From contig JAKMXF010000365.1 of the NCBI GenBank assembly GCA_024704765.1, positions 1 through 64,000 on the forward strand: a stretch of DNA of 64,000 nucleotides, in the 5' to 3' direction. The position numbers and the translations under genes were made by a program. The DNA is from Oopsacas minuta. Taxonomy: Eukaryota > Animalia > Porifera. The notes under the pieces are model-generated. The model ran no database searches, was not told the origin of the DNA, and saw only the letters and a program-made list of their open reading frames with translations. Shown piece by piece: positions 59,920 through 64,000 of the stretch (its first letter is position 1; each line of letters begins with the position of its first letter).

Positions 59920-60657
59920 CTTTGTTGTTGTTTGTTTGTTTGTTGATCCTTATTTATATAAATCACTTTGAAAGTGTATTAATTGCCAGGACACTTTTGG
60001 ATTTTATTTCATTATTTTATATTTTTCATCTCTAAGATAATTAGCAATATATTTTGCATACCAATCACAGTGTTACGTTGCCATATACGATTAGACCTTT
60101 CAGCATAAATCTATTTCTGGGACAGGTTAGGTGTAAAATATTAATAATACATTTTCAATATTTGGATAGACAAGTAAATATAATTGTTAACTGCCTTGCA
60201 ACTTACCTAGAGACTAGTTGTATAGATTGGAATTTGTACTATCATTTGTCTTACAAATGTATACATTATAAAGCTTATTATTGACAGAGATGGAGCTGTT
60301 GACAGCTATCGTTATATGTTTATTTCTGTAAATATATATGTAAATAGAATTGGCTGTCAATACCAACAAATGAATGTAATTAGTTCTATTTACAGCTGAT
60401 TATTTGCTGATTTGTTGCTATTAATAGAATTTGATTATCCTGATCACTCAGATATTTATCGGTGTTGTTATTATTATTTATTTATTTATTTATCTCTTAT
60501 ACCTTGTAAGGTGTGAGCGCCAAATTCCTGGGATAATCTAATTAATGATACAGGAATTCTGTCTCAAATACGATTATTCACATTCTTCCACTTTGGTTTA
60601 TCCCAGGAATACCTCTGTGTATTAGATGTTTGTTAGTAGCAATTAGGGTATTAAGGA

Positions 60658-62154
60658 ATGTTTGGCTTAATCACAGATATAATTACGTGAGTTAACACCT
60701 ATTATTCCACCTTATATAACACTTTACACCTATTATTCCACCTTAAATAACACTTTACACATATTTATTCTAGGTTATTTTGCTGTAATCTCTATCCAGT
60801 GTTTGCTTCATTCAAAGCTATAAGGAATAGAGATGGTGATGAATACGTATGTTTATATATTTTCACACCTTCTATCAACATATTACTGTTGTTTATTTGT
60901 AGTCTAGATGGTTCATATATTGGATAATGTTCTCTCTGTTCCTGTCCGTTACTTGGGTCACAGATTGGATATTTTGGTGGTTAGTTAAATACCATAGACC
61001 CAATCTTGTTGTTAGGGATAAATACTATTCATTTGTTGTTGATTTCTCTTAGGATTCCATTCTATGGCATGTTAAAATTGGGTATATCTATTTGGATGTT
61101 ACCTTTCTTTAGAGTTAGTTACATATTTATACCTTAGCAACGATACTGCATTCAGGAATTTTATATCTTGACTTTAGGGTTCTAAAATTCTATACACAGG
61201 ATTAGTACATCCTCAACTGATGGAAAATGAAGTGGTTAGTATTAACAAACAAATAAACAAACAACAAACAAACAAACAAACTACCAAGCAAATATGATAT
61301 ATACATATTTATTTGTTGTTATTTACTAGCAAATCGATATGTTTGTCAACTCAATTAGCAACAGATTACTCACATTAGGAAAAGTTCTATTTTCATTTGC
61401 TTTACAGAAAACTACAGAAGTAAGTATATCACGTTTAGGTACATATTATTACACCTTTATCTTGTGTATATATAGGCATATGCTACTCAAACATTTGCAG
61501 CTGTTGCTCCTATCCCTCCCCAACAACCAGCTGCACCTCAAGGAATGAAGTACCCTCTTCAAACAACTGAATCTTCTCCACCTACATATTCTGATGTAAT
61601 TGGTTCAGATCCAGGTCGACAGAAGGAATTCAGTGATGATGAGGACATGGCCAAACATCTTTCTAGTAGGCTGACTTATTTTATTTTGGGCGCCATAACA
61701 TTAATCACTTAGATGGCGCCTATTTTTCATTATGCTTCACAGCAATATGTGCCGGCTATAAGAACCTCCTTGGGAGTATTAATACATATACTTTACCGAT
61801 ATTTACTGTATTAATATTTATAGTAACATTAGCACGTGTGTCACCAGAACCAACGGACACTACTGCCACTTCAGAGCCACATATGCGTGAGCCACACAGG
61901 CAAACAGAACGGCCAAAGAGTGAGGCGATAACTCAATCACAGAGGTCCCATTTATCCAGACAGAAGTCTCCTCAATTTAAGACCGGGAGAGCTCAAAGTG
62001 AAGCAAGTATAGATCTCACCTCTGAGAAGAAAAGGTCCTCTAGACAATTGAGACAACAGACACAAGAATCTACGGTTAGTTCCTGTTAATATTTGAGGTG
62101 ATAGGTATTTATTTATTCTATTTATAGCGACAGAGTAAGGTACAAGAGAAATAA
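60658..62154 (+). CDS. REEP1-4-type ER-shaping protein (TB2/DP1/HVA22 family), ~8 exons
   Basis: Hand-spliced: MFGLITDIITLFCCNLYPVFASFKAIRNRDGDEYSRWFIYWIMFSLFLSVTWVTDWIFWWIPFYGMLKLGISIWMLPFFRGSKILYTGLVHPQLMENEVQIDMFV..., then a polar tail. The 3' exon structure after ~61666 is less certain. Confidence 0.85.
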
Positions 62155-62702
62155 CAGCTGTGAATAAACAATCAGATTCTGTAGATTTATTGTTTATTGT
62201 TTTGTTGTTGTTAAGCATTTTTATGATCACAAATATTTTAAATCATTACATACACACACACACATGAAGTCTTTGATTGTAATTATTGTTTGTTTGTTTA
62301 TATGTTGTTATTGTTAAGATGTATACATTTCGAAATTAATGTATATTTGTTTGATATCCTAAAGGTGTGAAAATCTCACGTAGACATAAACAACAAATCA
62401 TACTCGCTAGCTGCTGTAGTATAGATAGCTATTAATATTCACCCATATCAAGTTTTAAAATATTTGTAATATATTGATGGGTAGCTTGTATTATCACAGC
62501 CCCACCGGTTATTCAATCAATTCGTTCGTTAAAACGATAATTTTTTGCTTGGCTTCCTGTTAGGAGGCTTTATAACTACCAGAGGTGTATTGGAATTTGT
62601 AATAACGGACACTTATTGTGTGGCTAAACGACTTGCTTTCTTCTTATATCTGGCAAAAAATCAGTTGAGTAGAATATAATAGATTCGGTTAATGAGCTAG
62701 AG

Positions 62703-63046
62703 TTCTTATACTCGGCATGCTCTTATAACCGGTGTTCGTATACCCGGCATGCTCTTATACCCGGCATGCTCTTATAACCGGTGTTCTTATACCCGGCATG
62801 CTCTTATAACCGGTGTTCGTATACCCGGCATGCTCTTATAACCGGTGTTCGTATACTCGGCATGCTCTTATAACCGGTGTTCGTATACTCGGCATGCTCT
62901 TATAACCGGTGTTCTTATACCCGGCATGCTCTTATAACCGGTGTTCTTATACTCGGCATGCTCTTATAACCGGTGTTCTTATACTCGGCATGCTCTTATA
63001 ACCGGTGTTCTTATACTCGGCATGCTCTTATAACAGGCATCTAGTG
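62703..63046. repeat. 32-bp (2x16) tandem array derived from the MITE TIR, ending in a TIR + TA
   Basis: (TTATAACCGGTGTTCTTATACTCGGCATGCTC)n ending ...CTTATAACAGGCATCTAGTG-TA. Confidence 0.85.
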
Positions 63047-63457
63047 TATGACTATCTGCTTGGTTCTGTTTCTGGACAAATGTCCCGATTAATCAGACCA
63101 TCACCATTTTAACATAATATTTATAATAGCTGTTTCCCTAACACAAAACACTATAATAATTACATTTGCATATTATTAATCATATATTTGATAGAAATGA
63201 GCACAAGTACTATCTCCTTACGGATTACTTTCAGGTGCAGGTGTACAGAATAAGACTTTCGTATCCGTTTAATTGCCGTATCAGTCCTACCCATATTTCT
63301 AACTAAATATAGTAGTATTTTCCAAACACAATCTTTTGAGCTAATTTGCTACAGCAAATTAATAATATTTTACCAGCAACACCTCCTTCATATTGTTGAC
63401 ACATTTTGTATACTTTTATATCAACAAATTTATATAAATACGATTAATTATTTTGAA

Positions 63458-63799
63458 ATGGTGTCAGAGTCCTCAATGGCTGAAAATTATTCAAATATTG
63501 TGCCAAATTCCAAATATCCATTTTATTCAGAGGAACAAATTCATGATCTCCCATTCAAGGATCTCATAGCTGGACTCAGGTCCCTAGCAACCGTGGAAGA
63601 GATCGGAATGATTAAAAATATTCGTAAAATCAACAAAAAGAAATTATGGAAAAGAAACAGAGACAAAAATGAGAAATTCGAGGTTATAGATTTGGAGGCA
63701 ATTTTGGAAATTCTTAGAATTGAGAAAAATACTCTAATTTGTTTCCGAACTTGTTTATTAAAAGAGATAAGTGAACTCCAATCCCTAATTAATAGTTAG
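63458..63799 (+). CDS. Divergent Maf-like bZIP protein 5 (113 aa, intronless)
   Basis: FYSEEQIHDLPFKDLIAGLRSLATVEEIGMIKNIRKINKKKLWKRNRDK (cf. Maf FSDEQLVTMSVRELN..LR..KEE) plus zipper. TATATAAA at 63431-63438. Confidence 0.7.
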   Translation: MVSESSMAENYSNIVPNSKYPFYSEEQIHDLPFKDLIAGLRSLATVEEIGMIKNIRKINKKKLWKRNRDKNEKFEVIDLEAILEILRIEKNTLICFRTCLLKEISELQSLINS

Positions 63800-63800
63800 T

Positions 63801-63866
<66 letters not shown>
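63800..63866. repeat. (GTT)n microsatellite immediately after the bZIP stop
   Basis: About 21 units. Confidence 0.95.
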
Positions 63867-63869
<3 letters not shown>

Positions 63870-64000
63870 CACATGCTTCACACATATCATGCATCCATCG
63901 CTCTATTTGTTTACCACACGTAATGTAATTAACACTTCATTGTTGTCACCAACAATATTAATATTTGTATCAGCTATTATTCTTGCATATTTTTGTTTAC

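Noticed and set aside
61600-61840. NDFIP-like gene (PPxY + GAYFSLCFTAICAG)
   Set aside because: Upstream exons splice into a clear REEP domain, so this is the REEP tail or an intron; the resemblance is probably chance.

Overview
AT-rich animal genomic DNA with very short GT-AG introns (mostly 45-100 nt) and densely packed genes. The style fits a compact non-bilaterian genome such as a sponge, but that is inference. 1-15.3 kb is a repeat and rearrangement zone. It holds two intronless, 3'-truncated copies of a HOOK/NuMA-type CH + coiled-coil gene in head-to-head inverted arrangement around a dead mariner transposase, plus 16-bp satellite arrays, long hairpins and a hAT-like terminus. 16-42 kb is a conserved gene block: tRNA-Thr(UGU), a DH-PH RhoGEF, FBXL2/20, an MLK-type SH3-kinase, a small Shisa-like membrane protein, Numb, a three-CH filamin, an intronless secreted GH45 glycoside hydrolase that appears circularly permuted, STT3B (with a nested antisense gene) and FAD synthase. 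43-64 kb has six intronless, TATA-preceded Maf-like bZIP genes that share a rewired basic region (invariant N-x7-R replaced by K/Q-x7-D/E). Interspersed with them are an MTA gene with extra C2H2 fingers that hosts a nested RING + zf-3CxxC gene, a REEP1-4-like gene, MITEs and satellites. Family assignments come from motifs recognised by eye and exon models were spliced by hand; no database search was possible, so novelty claims are untested.
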